From Macrostomum lignano (lineage: Eukaryota): a DNA stretch of 28,442 nucleotides. This document shows, one piece after another, positions 10,431 through 20,265 of the stretch. Position numbers and translations under genes: made by a program. How positions within the stretch are numbered: the first letter of the stretch is position 1; every line of letters starts with the position of its first letter. The stretch lies in NCBI GenBank assembly GCA_002269645.1, contig NIVC01002041.1:181652-210093 (forward strand). The letters run 5' to 3'. The notes beneath the pieces were generated by a model that saw only the letters and a program-made list of their open reading frames with translations, did not search any database and was not told where the DNA came from.

Positions 10431-10875
10431 TGGAATCGAGAATGCACCTGTGTATAGCTTTCGCCGACACATTTTCAGACACATCTTCCGACACTTTTTA
10501 CAACACTTAAAATGTCGCAAAAAGTGTCGGAAAAGTGTCGGAAAAGTGTCGTAACAGTTAACTTTTGCCGAAACATTTTCAGATACATCTTTCGACACTT
10601 AAAAGATGTAGCTAATTAGATCTAGGTAATTACATATGTTGCTCGTACTATTCATGTAAGCCAAGGACTACTTAAGTAGACTTATAAGTTTAACGAAGTG
10701 ACTTCAGTGGTCCTTGATGTAAGCTTGTACATGTATGTTTGTTAAGGAACTGCAGCAGCCTGCAGTATATCAGTTGTGTTGTGCGTCATTTAATTGCATT
10801 AATTGATATACATAGAAGCTTTGGCGTTTTATTTTGACTACATACTGTATGTATTGTACATGAAAGGATCATGTT

Positions 10876-11077
10876 CAGGCGCCGCGGAACAGGGGGGGCA
10901 GGGGGGGCAGCTGCCCCCCTGACATTGAGTTGGGGGGGGGGGCATTGCCTCCCCTCAAATACTGTTCAACAGCATAATTTTGCTCAAATTTTTGGTCATT
11001 GTCCAAGTCAGGGTCTGGGCTTGAGTTTCGGAAACTTGGTCCTGCCCCCCTGGCAAAAACTCGTTCCGCGGCGCCTG
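10876..11077. mobile_element. hAT-type MITE, 202 bp
   Basis: 15-bp perfect TIR CAGGCGCCGCGGAAC / GTTCCGCGGCGCCTG; G-run subterminal motifs. TSD only imperfect (gatcatgtt vs a-gattcatgtt). Confidence 0.8.
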
Positions 11078-11143
11078 AGATTCATGTTCAGTTAAATTTA
11101 TTGCACTTAAATTAATACAAAATGCAAATTCTATTTACTACAA

Positions 11144-12983
11144 TCCTAATACTAAAACCGACGCGATGTTTGTCTGTCTGTCTGTCTGTCTGTATGTTGC
11201 AAGTGAACTCCTACAATTCTGCCAAGTCAACGTCGAAACTTATATGGGAAAACTGCAAATTTTCCGGAGCAGGCTTTAGGCTATTTTAATTTTTAATTTT
11301 CACATTTTAACATCCCTAAAAAAGCAGAAAACTGCTTTTTTAACCCCCAATAACCTTCTTTGGTCACTCTGCCTGGGGCTTCAGCCAGTTTGTAAAAATA
11401 GCCACCCCAACCTCCGCCCGCGGGCCGCTGTGTATTGAGGGGTGGTGGGTGCGCGTGTTCTGCGTTCAATGCAAATAAAACCCCCGCGTGTTGGGGGTTA
11501 AGTTCAATTTAATGATTCCCCCAGACTGGGGGGTTGGGCTTGGGCTGAGTGTACATAGCAGTTGTACAGTGTAAATAGATAGACTGTGTCGAGATTCATT
11601 TGGTTTTATTATTGGCAGCCCTGTGTATTAGTTTGGCAGTGAAATTCAATGAATAAACTTGCGAGCTTCTCTAGCAAGCAGTCGGGAAATCGGTAAATTT
11701 CAAACGCTAACTGTTCCTCGAGTTTTAAACTTTGAGAGGAGAGACTTATATTGCTGGAAAGATCTTGCAACGCTGAGTTTGGGGATATAAGTTGTTTGCT
11801 TTATATATGAAAAGAAAAAGCACAGCATTTGAAAAACTATTTTCATACTTTTAACTTTCTGCAAAGATTGTACTTAGTTTTGCGAGACGTAATAGATAAA
11901 GTTGGGGGAGGGTTCAACTTCTCACTGCTGCTGTGTATTGGAGGGTTGATTTAGATTGCGCAACTGTTTATTTAACTTTAAATAAGACTGATACTGTCTG
12001 ACTGAGAAATGGTTTGCGCAATTAATTGATTCAATTAATTCAACACGCAGCTCTGTGCAGCTCGAACCCTAACCCTAACCAATGAATTCTGAAAGTTAAG
12101 TTCTTTTTGACAGAGAAAATTTCGATTGAGTCCAGTTTCACGGAGTATTCTGATGGTTTTCGGTTTCACGGAGAGGATTTATTTTTCGTGGAGAGAATTT
12201 AGATGTATTTCTGTTTTACGGAGACGATTTTGATGGATGTCAGTTTCACTCAGAGGATTTCCATGGAGCCCAGTTTCACGGAGAGGATTTCTGTTTCGCG
12301 GAGAGGATTTCTGTTTCACGGAGGGATTTTGATGGATTTGGTATCTTCAGTCAGTCAGTAAAGAGAGTAAAGAGAAGAGTGAAAAGAGAAGAGAGAAGAG
12401 ATTATAGAAAAGAGAGTAGAGATGAGAGAGGACAGATTAGACATGACAGATGGGAGAGAAGAGGGGAGTAAGGCGGGAACGAAGAGGGAGAGAGAAGAAA
12501 AGAGGAGAGAGGAGATGAGAGGGAATATATGAGATAGCAGAGGGAGACAGGAGAGATGAGAGGAGAGAGAAGAGAGGAGCTGAGAGTAGAGGAGAAAGAA
12601 ATAGTGAGATGAGGCATGAGGGATGAGAGATGAGAGAGGAGAGAAGAGAGGAGAGAGGAGAGAGGAGAAAACAGGGGATAAAGGAGACAGAAGAGAAAGA
12701 CGAAAGACGAGGGAGAAGAGATAAATAAGGTGGTAGAGATGAGAGACGTGAGAGGAGAGAAAAGAGAAGAGAGGAGACAGAAGAATCTGAGTCTGGACAA
12801 TGGCAGTCAGTTTTTGCGAACAGGGAAAACAAGATATGGTATTTGAAAGGCTTTACAGAGGATTTGGAGATGATTTGGAAGATGGGATTCAAGTCATGGA
12901 ATTTCAGCTGATGGATTTCAGGGAATGGAATTCCGGTGATGGGAGTTCTTCCCCTTTCTCCTCCAGAGGAGGAGTTGGCCTCG
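11144..12983 (+). mobile_element. Non-autonomous Helitron, copy 1 (1840 bp)
   Basis: 5' TCCTAATACTAAAA followed by (GTCT)n; 3' hairpin CTCCTC-CAGAG-GAGGAG then TTGGCCTCG; inserted between A11143 and T12984; no TIR or TSD. The terminus is CTCG rather than canonical CTRR. Confidence 0.85.
12360..12785. repeat. AG-rich low-complexity tract inside the Helitron (also at ~14032-14457 and ~15870-16295)
   Basis: Nearly pure purine strand; it generates the spurious S/L-rich ORFs in the track. Confidence 0.9.
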
Positions 12984-13598
12984 TACATAATACTAAATGC
13001 CGTTGAAGTCAGAATATCATGATGAGGACGCATCTTTTTTCAATCTTAAAACCGCACATTTTGCTTCGATGCGCTTTCCCCCTACTGTCAGTAGGCTCTA
13101 CGACCCCTGGTTCGATTCCGTGTACATTGTACGTGCTAAATTAATTACGACGGTCAATCCCTAAGGCAGAAAGAGTGTAAATGCATAACGATTAGAAAAT
13201 CAGGGCTTGCTGTACATGTACACCAGCAGACAACTGGGTGAACGTGTGTATAAGTGCGTACCTGCTTACAGTATCTGAGCGCTTGTACATGTGTGCTCAG
13301 GGGTCAGCTGCAAATGGGAAAGAAATGGCTCAGCGCCGAAAGGGTTGCAGTTGGTACTAACATGCAAGCCACTTGCAAATATTCATATTTTTATTTACAT
13401 AAGTTTTGACGTAAACAGTTTTTTGCAGCTTGGCTAATTCTAATTCAGTATCATTTACATATGTAACATGTACACATATATAGTACGAGCTCATATGTTT
13501 TAGTTGTCCCTGATGTTTTTACACACTTACATGTACTTACATGAGCAGATAAATAAAGGTAAATATCAACATGAAGTTAGTTATTTATTTATTTGAGT

Positions 13599-13641
13599 TG
13601 CCGATGCATTTCGTCCATTGCATTAGGACATCGTCAAGCCA
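13599..13641 (-). ncRNA. Degenerate minimal type I hammerhead ribozyme motif (Penelope-like element relic)
   Basis: Minus strand: tggc TTGACGA T GTCC taatgcaat GGAC GAAA TGCA TC ggcaa. Core C3 is replaced by T and stem I is imperfect. Confidence 0.6.
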
Positions 13642-13833
13642 GTTTCAAGCCAGTCCGGTCACTGACAAATCAGCTAAAAAAATGCATAACTGTCCTGATA
13701 TACATGTATGAAACTGATATATGCACTTTACCCAACCAATACTGTATCAAAAAATTGATTACTATGTACAAGTTTTAAACCATCAATTAAAAACTCAATT
13801 CAACTACTCTTGTTACTCTCAACTATCTATATA

Positions 13834-15671
13834 CGAGGCCAACTCCTCCTCTGGAGGAGAAAGGGGAAGAACTCCCATCACCGGAATTCCATTCCCTGAA
13901 ATCCATCAGCTGAAATTCCATGACTTGAATCCCATCTTCCAAATCATCTCCAAATCCTCTGTAAAGCCTTTCAAATACCATATCTTGTTTTCCCTGTTCG
14001 CAAAAACTGACTGCCATTGTCCAGACTCAGATTCTTCTGTCTCCTCTCTTCTCTTTTCTCTCCTCTCACGTCTCTCATCTCTACCACCTTATTTATCTCT
14101 TCTCCCTCGTCTTTCGTCTTTCTCTTCTGTCTCCTTTATCCCCTGTTTTCTCCTCTCTCCTCTCTCCTCTCTTCTCTCCTCTCTCATCTCTCATCCCTCA
14201 TGCCTCATCTCACTATTTCTTTCTCCTCTACTCTCAGCTCCTCTCTTCTCTCTCCTCTCATCTCTCCTGTCTCCCTCTGCTATCTCATATATTCCCTCTC
14301 ATCTCCTCTCTCCTCTTTTCTTCTCTCTCCCTCTTCGTTCCCGCCTTACTCCCCTCTTCTCTCCCATCTGTCATGTCTAATCTGTCCTCTCTCATCTCTA
14401 CTCTCTTTTCTATAATCTCTTCTCTCTTCTCTTTTCACTCTTCTCTTTACTCTCTTTACTGACTGACTGAAGATACCAAATCCATCAAAATCCCTCCGTG
14501 AAACAGAAATCCTCTCCGCGAAACAGAAATCCTCTCCGTGAAACTGGGCTCCATGGAAATCCTCTGAGTGAAACTGACATCCATCAAAATCGTCTCCGTA
14601 AAACAGAAATACATCTAAATTCTCTCCACGAAAAATAAATCCTCTCCGTGAAACCGAAAACCATCAGAATACTCCGTGAAACTGGACTCAATCGAAATTT
14701 TCTCTGTCAAAAAGAACTTAACTTTCAGAATTCATTGGTTAGGGTTAGGGTTCGAGCTGCACAGAGCTGCGTGTTGAATTAATTGAATCAATTAATTGCG
14801 CAAACCATTTCTCAGTCAGACAGTATCAGTCTTATTTAAAGTTAAATAAACAGTTGCGCAATCTAAATCAACCCTCCAATACACAGCAGCAGTGAGAAGT
14901 TGAACCCTCCCCCAACTTTATCTATTACGTCTCGCAAAACTAAGTACAATCTTTGCAGAAAGTTAAAAGTATGAAAATAGTTTTTCAAATGCTGTGCTTT
15001 TTCTTTTCATATATAAAGCAAACAACTTATATCCCCAAACTCAGCGTTGCAAGATCTTTCCAGCAATATAAGTCTCTCCTCTCAAAGTTTAAAACTCGAG
15101 GAACAGTTAGCGTTTGAAATTTACCGATTTCCCGACTGCTTGCTAGAGAAGCTCGCAAGTTTATTCATTGAATTTCACTGCCAAACTAATACACAGGGCT
15201 GCCAATAATAAAACCAAATGAATCTCGACACAGTCTATCTATTTACACTGTACAACTGCTATGTACACTCAGCCCAAGCCCAACCCCCAGTCTGGGGAAT
15301 CATTAAATTGAACTTAACCCCCCAACACGCGGGGGTTTTATTTGCATTGAACGCAGAACACGCGCACCCACCACCCCTCAATACACAGCGGCCCGCGGGC
15401 GGAGGTTGGGGTGGCTATTTTTACAAACTGGCTGAAGCCCCAGGCAGAGTGACCAAAGAAGGTTATTGGGGTTAAAAAAGCAGTTTTCTGCTTTTTTAGG
15501 GATGTTAAAATGTGAAAATTAAAAATTAAAATAGCCTAAAGCCTGCTCCGGAAAATTTGCAGTTTTCCCATATAAGTTTCGACGTTGACTTGGCAGAATT
15601 GTAGGAGTTCACTTGCAACATACAGACAGACAGACAGACAGACAAACATCGCGTCGGTTTTAGTATTAGGA
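13834..15671 (-). mobile_element. Non-autonomous Helitron, copy 2
   Basis: Reverse complement of 11144-12983; the differences I could see are G/C homopolymer lengths. The 3' CTCG is followed by target T (a13833). Confidence 0.88.
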
Positions 15672-17513
15672 CGAGGCCAACTCCTCCTCTGGAGGAGAAA
15701 GGGGAAGAACTCCCATCACCGGAATTCCATTCCCTGAAATCCATCAGCTGAAATTCCATGACTTGAATCCCATCTTCCAAATCATCTCCAAATCCTCTGT
15801 AAAGCCTTTCAAATACCATATCTTGTTTTCCCTGTTCGCAAAAACTGACTGCCATTGTCCAGACTCAGATTCTTCTGTCTCCTCTCTTCTCTTTTCTCTC
15901 CTCTCACGTCTCTCATCTCTACCACCTTATTTATCTCTTCTCCCTCGTCTTTCGTCTTTCTCTTCTGTCTCCTTTATCCCCTGTTTTCTCCTCTCTCCTC
16001 TCTCCTCTCTTCTCTCCTCTCTCATCTCTCATCCCTCATGCCTCATCTCACTATTTCTTTCTCCTCTACTCTCAGCTCCTCTCTTCTCTCTCCTCTCATC
16101 TCTCCTGTCTCCCTCTGCTATCTCATATATTCCCTCTCATCTCCTCTCTCCTCTTTTCTTCTCTCTCCCTCTTCGTTCCCGCCTTACTCCCCTCTTCTCT
16201 CCCATCTGTCATGTCTAATCTGTCCTCTCTCATCTCTACTCTCTTTTCTATAATCTCTTCTCTCTTCTCTTTTCACTCTTCTCTTTACTCTCTTTACTGA
16301 CTGACTGAAGATACCAAATCCATCAAAATCCCTCCGTGAAACAGAAATCCTCTCCGCGAAACAGAAATCCTCTCCGTGAAACTGGGCTCCATGGAAATCC
16401 TCTGAGTGAAACTGACATCCATCAAAATCGTCTCCGTAAAACAGAAATACATCTAAATTCTCTCCACGAAAAATAAATCCTCTCCGTGAAACCGAAAACC
16501 ATCAGAATACTCCGTGAAACTGGACTCAATCGAAATTTTCTCTGTCAAAAAGAACTTAACTTTCAGAATTCATTGGTTAGGGTTAGGGTTCGAGCTGCAC
16601 AGAGCTGCGTGTTGAATTAATTGAATCAATTAATTGCGCAAACCATTTCTCAGTCAGACAGTATCAGTCTTATTTAAAGTTAAATAAACAGTTGCGCAAT
16701 CTAAATCAACCCTCCAATACACAGCAGCAGTGAGAAGTTGAACCCTCCCCCAACTTTATCTATTACGTCTCGCAAAACTAAGTACAATCTTTGCAGAAAG
16801 TTAAAAGTATGAAAATAGTTTTTCAAATGCTGTGCTTTTTCTTTTCATATATAAAGCAAACAACTTATATCCCCAAACTCAGCGTTGCAAGATCTTTCCA
16901 GCAATATAAGTCTCTCCTCTCAAAGTTTAAAACTCGAGGAACAGTTAGCGTTTGAAATTTACCGATTTCCCGACTGCTTGCTAGAGAAGCTCGCAAGTTT
17001 ATTCATTGAATTTCACTGCCAAACTAATACACAGGGCTGCCAATAATAAAACCAAATGAATCTCGACACAGTCTATCTATTTACACTGTACAACTGCTAT
17101 GTACACTCAGCCCAAGCCCAACCCCCCAGTCTGGGGGAATCATTAAATTGAACTTAACCCCCCAACACGCGGGGGGTTTTATTTGCATTGAACGCAGAAC
17201 ACGCGCACCCACCACCCCTCAATACACAGCGGCCCGCGGGCGGAGGTTGGGGTGGCTATTTTTACAAACTGGCTGAAGCCCCAGGCAGAGTGACCAAAGA
17301 AGGTTATTGGGGGTTAAAAAAGCAGTTTTCTGCTTTTTTAGGGATGTTAAAATGTGAAAATTAAAAATTAAAATAGCCTAAAGCCTGCTCCGGAAAATTT
17401 GCAGTTTTCCCATATAAGTTTCGACGTTGACTTGGCAGAATTGTAGGAGTTCACTTGCAACATACAGACAGACAGACAGACAGACAAACATCGCGTCGGT
17501 TTTAGTATTAGGA
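15672..17513 (-). mobile_element. Non-autonomous Helitron, copy 3 (tandem with copy 2)
   Basis: Near-identical to copies 1 and 2; its 3' CTCG abuts the 5' TC of copy 2 directly. The 5' flank reads A|TCTC-TCCTAATAC, so the true start may be 17517. Confidence 0.88.
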
Positions 17514-17554
17514 GAGATACTGAATATTCATTAAAATTGTTTCTTAAATAAAAA

Positions 17555-17598
17555 GACCCTGACGATGTCCTAATGCAAATGGACGAAATGCATCGGCC
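17555..17598 (+). ncRNA. Minimal type I hammerhead ribozyme motif (Penelope-like element relic)
   Basis: gacc CTGACGA T GTCC taatgcaaat GGAC GAAA TGCA TC ggcc: intact CUGANGA/GAAA core, 4-bp stem II, palindromic ATGCAT in place of stem III, UC cleavage site, one mismatch in stem I; followed by (AAAT)n. Confidence 0.75.
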
Positions 17599-17880
17599 AA
17601 TCAAATAAATAAATAAATAACTTCATGTTGATATTTACCTTTATTTATCTACTCTTCATCAAGCGAGCCACTTTACCTGACTTACATGAGCCATATACGT
17701 ATAATATATATGTGCAATTAAGAATATTTGAAGTGATTTCTATATCGCTCGTTACAAAAGTCACATTTACATGTGTTACTTGATTCATACTTACGAAATT
17801 GACTGCATTGACATACAGCGAATTTTCGTAAATTAGATATTAATTTAGGAGAGATTTGAATATATCCTTCTCTATAGCTA

Positions 17881-18148
17881 GGGGGGCTGTAGCCCAGCGG
17901 TCTAGCGCAGGCTCTGGTGTGCCAGCGACCCAGGCTCGATTCCAAGTGCAGTCACATTAATTTGGGGCTGAATTGGAATCTCGGCTTGGCTCTGCTCGTG
18001 CAATTAACGGCCTTGAGAGCCAACCCCCCAAGGCGCAATGAAGTGTACATGCGGAATGGGCAGCAATGCCTCTCGCCGGTTGTATGCCAATGTCGCTTAA
18101 AGTGCACCAGGGTGCACACAACCCCCCTGCCTCTAATAAAAATAAAAA
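17881..18148 (+). mobile_element. Full-length tRNA-derived SINE, 268 bp
   Basis: A box TAGCCCAGCGG (17890-17900), B box GGCTCGATTCC (17933-17943), tail AATAAAAATAAAAA, perfect 12-bp TSD TCTCTATAGCTA (17869-17880 / 18149-18160). Confidence 0.92.
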
Positions 18149-18166
18149 TCTCTATAGCTACTCTAG

Positions 18167-18733
18167 CTAGTAGTTCTGGCAGCTGCGCAGGACGCCTTCG
18201 TCACCCGGTCTGCGCGGCCGCACGACAAAGTCCCGGTTCCAGAGCCGCACCCAGGCCTGGTAGTGCTCCGCCGGCTGGATCCGGTGCCGTCGGAATCGCT
18301 GATTGGTCACGGCCTCCTGGCCGCGCCTCTGCCGCAGATAGTCGATGATCTCCATCACATTCTCCAGCCGGTAGCTCAGGCGCAGCTGCCGCTCAAGTTG
18401 GGCATCGGCTGTCGCAGCCGGTGGCGGCTGCTCGTTTCGAGATATTCGACGGGACTGCGGCCGCTGCGGCTGCGACGGAGCCCGGTAGGCCGTCAGCGAG
18501 TAGCCGGGCAGCGGAATCTCCGCCGTGGACGCCGCTGCTGCCGCCGTTGCTGCCGCTGCGGCTTGCTGGCCGGAAACCGACTGACGCGACTGGCTGCGGC
18601 TGGCGGACTCGATTACATCATCACCGTTTCCACCGCCACCGCTTGCGTCACCACGTCGTTGCGCTTGTTGCTGCTGCTGCTGCTGTTGCTGCGGCTGATT
18701 GGCCAGCTCGAATCGAGTCCGGATCATCTCCAT
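18167..18733 (-). CDS. Unknown protein (single-exon gene or terminal exon); polyQ/polyA N-part, ordered-looking C-terminus
   Basis: GC-rich open frame in AT-rich flanks; first true ATG at 18733; C-terminal LERQLRLSYRLENVMEIIDYLRQRR...HYQAWVRLWNRDF. No family recognised. Confidence 0.55.
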   Translation of the reverse strand: MEMIRTRFELANQPQQQQQQQQQAQRRGDASGGGGNGDDVIESASRSQSRQSVSGQQAAAAATAAAAASTAEIPLPGYSLTAYRAPSQPQRPQSRRISRNEQPPPAATADAQLERQLRLSYRLENVMEIIDYLRQRRGQEAVTNQRFRRHRIQPAEHYQAWVRLWNRDFVVRPRRPGDEGVLRSCQNY

Positions 18734-19866
18734 CGGAGTGCGAGTGCGGGGCAAATCCTGCGGACTTCGGCCGAGAGAGACGGGCGGATGTTTTTAAGAA
18801 AATAACCGTATAGCCCTAACCCTAACCATTAACTCTAGCCAAAGCGTGCAACTACTGTCAGTAGCTAGTACGCAAAACACATTCTACTAAGTACATGTAG
18901 CACTTCAAATTGACTGTAAACGGATGTGAATTTGCTCATACAAGCACGTGACGAAAGTGGCTAGTCAAGAGAACATAACCAATGCCTTATTTGTTGCCAT
19001 GGAGAAGACAAGAACTCATTGACCATGGGCTTCCTCAAAGTGTACAACTGGAAAAAAATGGGGATCTCATGTGAATTTCGGGAAGACCGACTGATAGAAG
19101 GATCCGGGTTTTAATGATTCTTCTCCCTTCGTCAGTCCAGTATAGTGAGGTCCGCCGATTGAGAAACCGGCGCAATGGGACTTAATCTCACATGAAGTCC
19201 TCCATTTTTCCTAATTTATCCCGTTACGAGAAATAAACTACTAGACAGATAATTTTACACGCACGCGCACAATTTATAATACAGGTGTTGGTACATGTAT
19301 AAAAAAAAACATTTGTTGCTACTTTTAATTTTATTTGATGCTCTACTGATAGTAGAAATATATGGAAAAAACGTACAGAAAATAATTATGCCGATTATGA
19401 TTACGAGCTAAATGCATTCAATACTTTATAGGATATAGTAAAAATATTAGTTATTATTCGTAATTAATCAGGACACAACATCATAAAAGATCCGGCATAC
19501 TTGTAAGAGTAAAATGCATGAAACAATGGATAAAAAGCTCTCGAACCCTCGAAGCCTCTCTATCTGGCACTCGGGGGCTTTGAAACTTCACAATAGCAAT
19601 CTGGTCCGCTCAGGGTTTGTGTCTCTGCTAAGCTCTCTCTCTTCTCTCTCTTCTCTCTCTTCTCTCTCTTCTCTCTCTTCTCTCCTCTTCCTGTCTCCCA
19701 TTTTCTCTCCTCTTTTTTCTCTCATCTCATCTCTCGCCTCTCCTCTCTTCTCTTATCTCTCATCCTCTATTCCCTCTCCTTTCCACGCTCATCTCGCTCG
19801 CAGACATGAGCTGCATTCTCTATCTGGCCCCTGGGGTAAGAAAGTCAGCTAACAGCATGCACTCAC

Positions 19867-20253
19867 GCCACCACGGGCTCGGCAGCCAAGATGCAGTTCC
19901 TCGCCAGCCTCTCGTAGCACTTGAACGTGGCGTACTGACCCTCCGTGGACAGCGTGGCCGAGAATCGCGGATTCTTCGGCGCCTCGTCCGGCCGCATCCG
20001 GGTCATAAAATCGTCGGCGACAATCGAGGCGCTGCTGTCCTCGCGGATGGCGCTGCCTCGAAGCGACTTCTGCAGGCCGATCAGGCGGGTCACCCGGCGG
20101 GACAGCAGGGCAAAACGGGGCGGCTGCTGCGACGACGGCGAGGTGGCGCCGCTGCCTCCGGACCGGTGCGACGATCCGCCGATGGAGCCGCCAGTGCCGC
20201 GGGCGAGATCCGCTATGGAGATGCGGCGGCTGCGCGGCTGCTGCGACTGTGAA
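19867..20253 (-). CDS. Internal exon of an unidentified gene
   Basis: GC-rich frame ...DDFMTRMRPDEAPKNPRFSATLSTEGQYATFKCYERLARNCILAAEPVV; strong donor GC|GTGAGT at 19866; acceptor ttggcag (20254) or ttcacag (20247). Confidence 0.65.
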
Positions 20254-20265
20254 CTGCCAAGGATT

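Noticed and set aside
12136-12144. GTTTCACGG shared between the Helitron array and the TIR-element repeats
   Set aside because: Only 9 bp with unrelated flanks; insufficient to claim common origin.
12984-13833. Inverted repeat as a missed-adapter long-read artefact
   Set aside because: The arms stop exactly at Helitron termini and enclose 850 bp of unique sequence; an artefact would mirror from a single point.
12402-16253. Repeated 132-219 aa Ser/Leu-rich ORFs and the 'MAVSFCEQGK' ORFs
   Set aside because: Translations of the TC/AG low-complexity tract and 3' end of the non-autonomous Helitron; open on both strands, no domain.
17881-17950. tRNA gene (also considered at 23376-23445)
   Set aside because: A and B boxes are present but there is no closed acceptor stem or T-run terminator; both continue into SINE bodies with tails.
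18814-18827. Telomeric (CCCTAA) repeats here and at 12065-12080
   Set aside because: Only ~2.5 units; too short to imply a telomere or healing event.
19048-19141. Hammerhead-like arrangement on the minus strand (CTGACGA...GAAA, 5-6 bp stem I, GGGA/TCCC stem II base)
   Set aside because: Stem III cannot pair beyond one A-U and is not palindromic; the cleavage triplet would be UUU. Likely chance, though cheap to test with Infernal.
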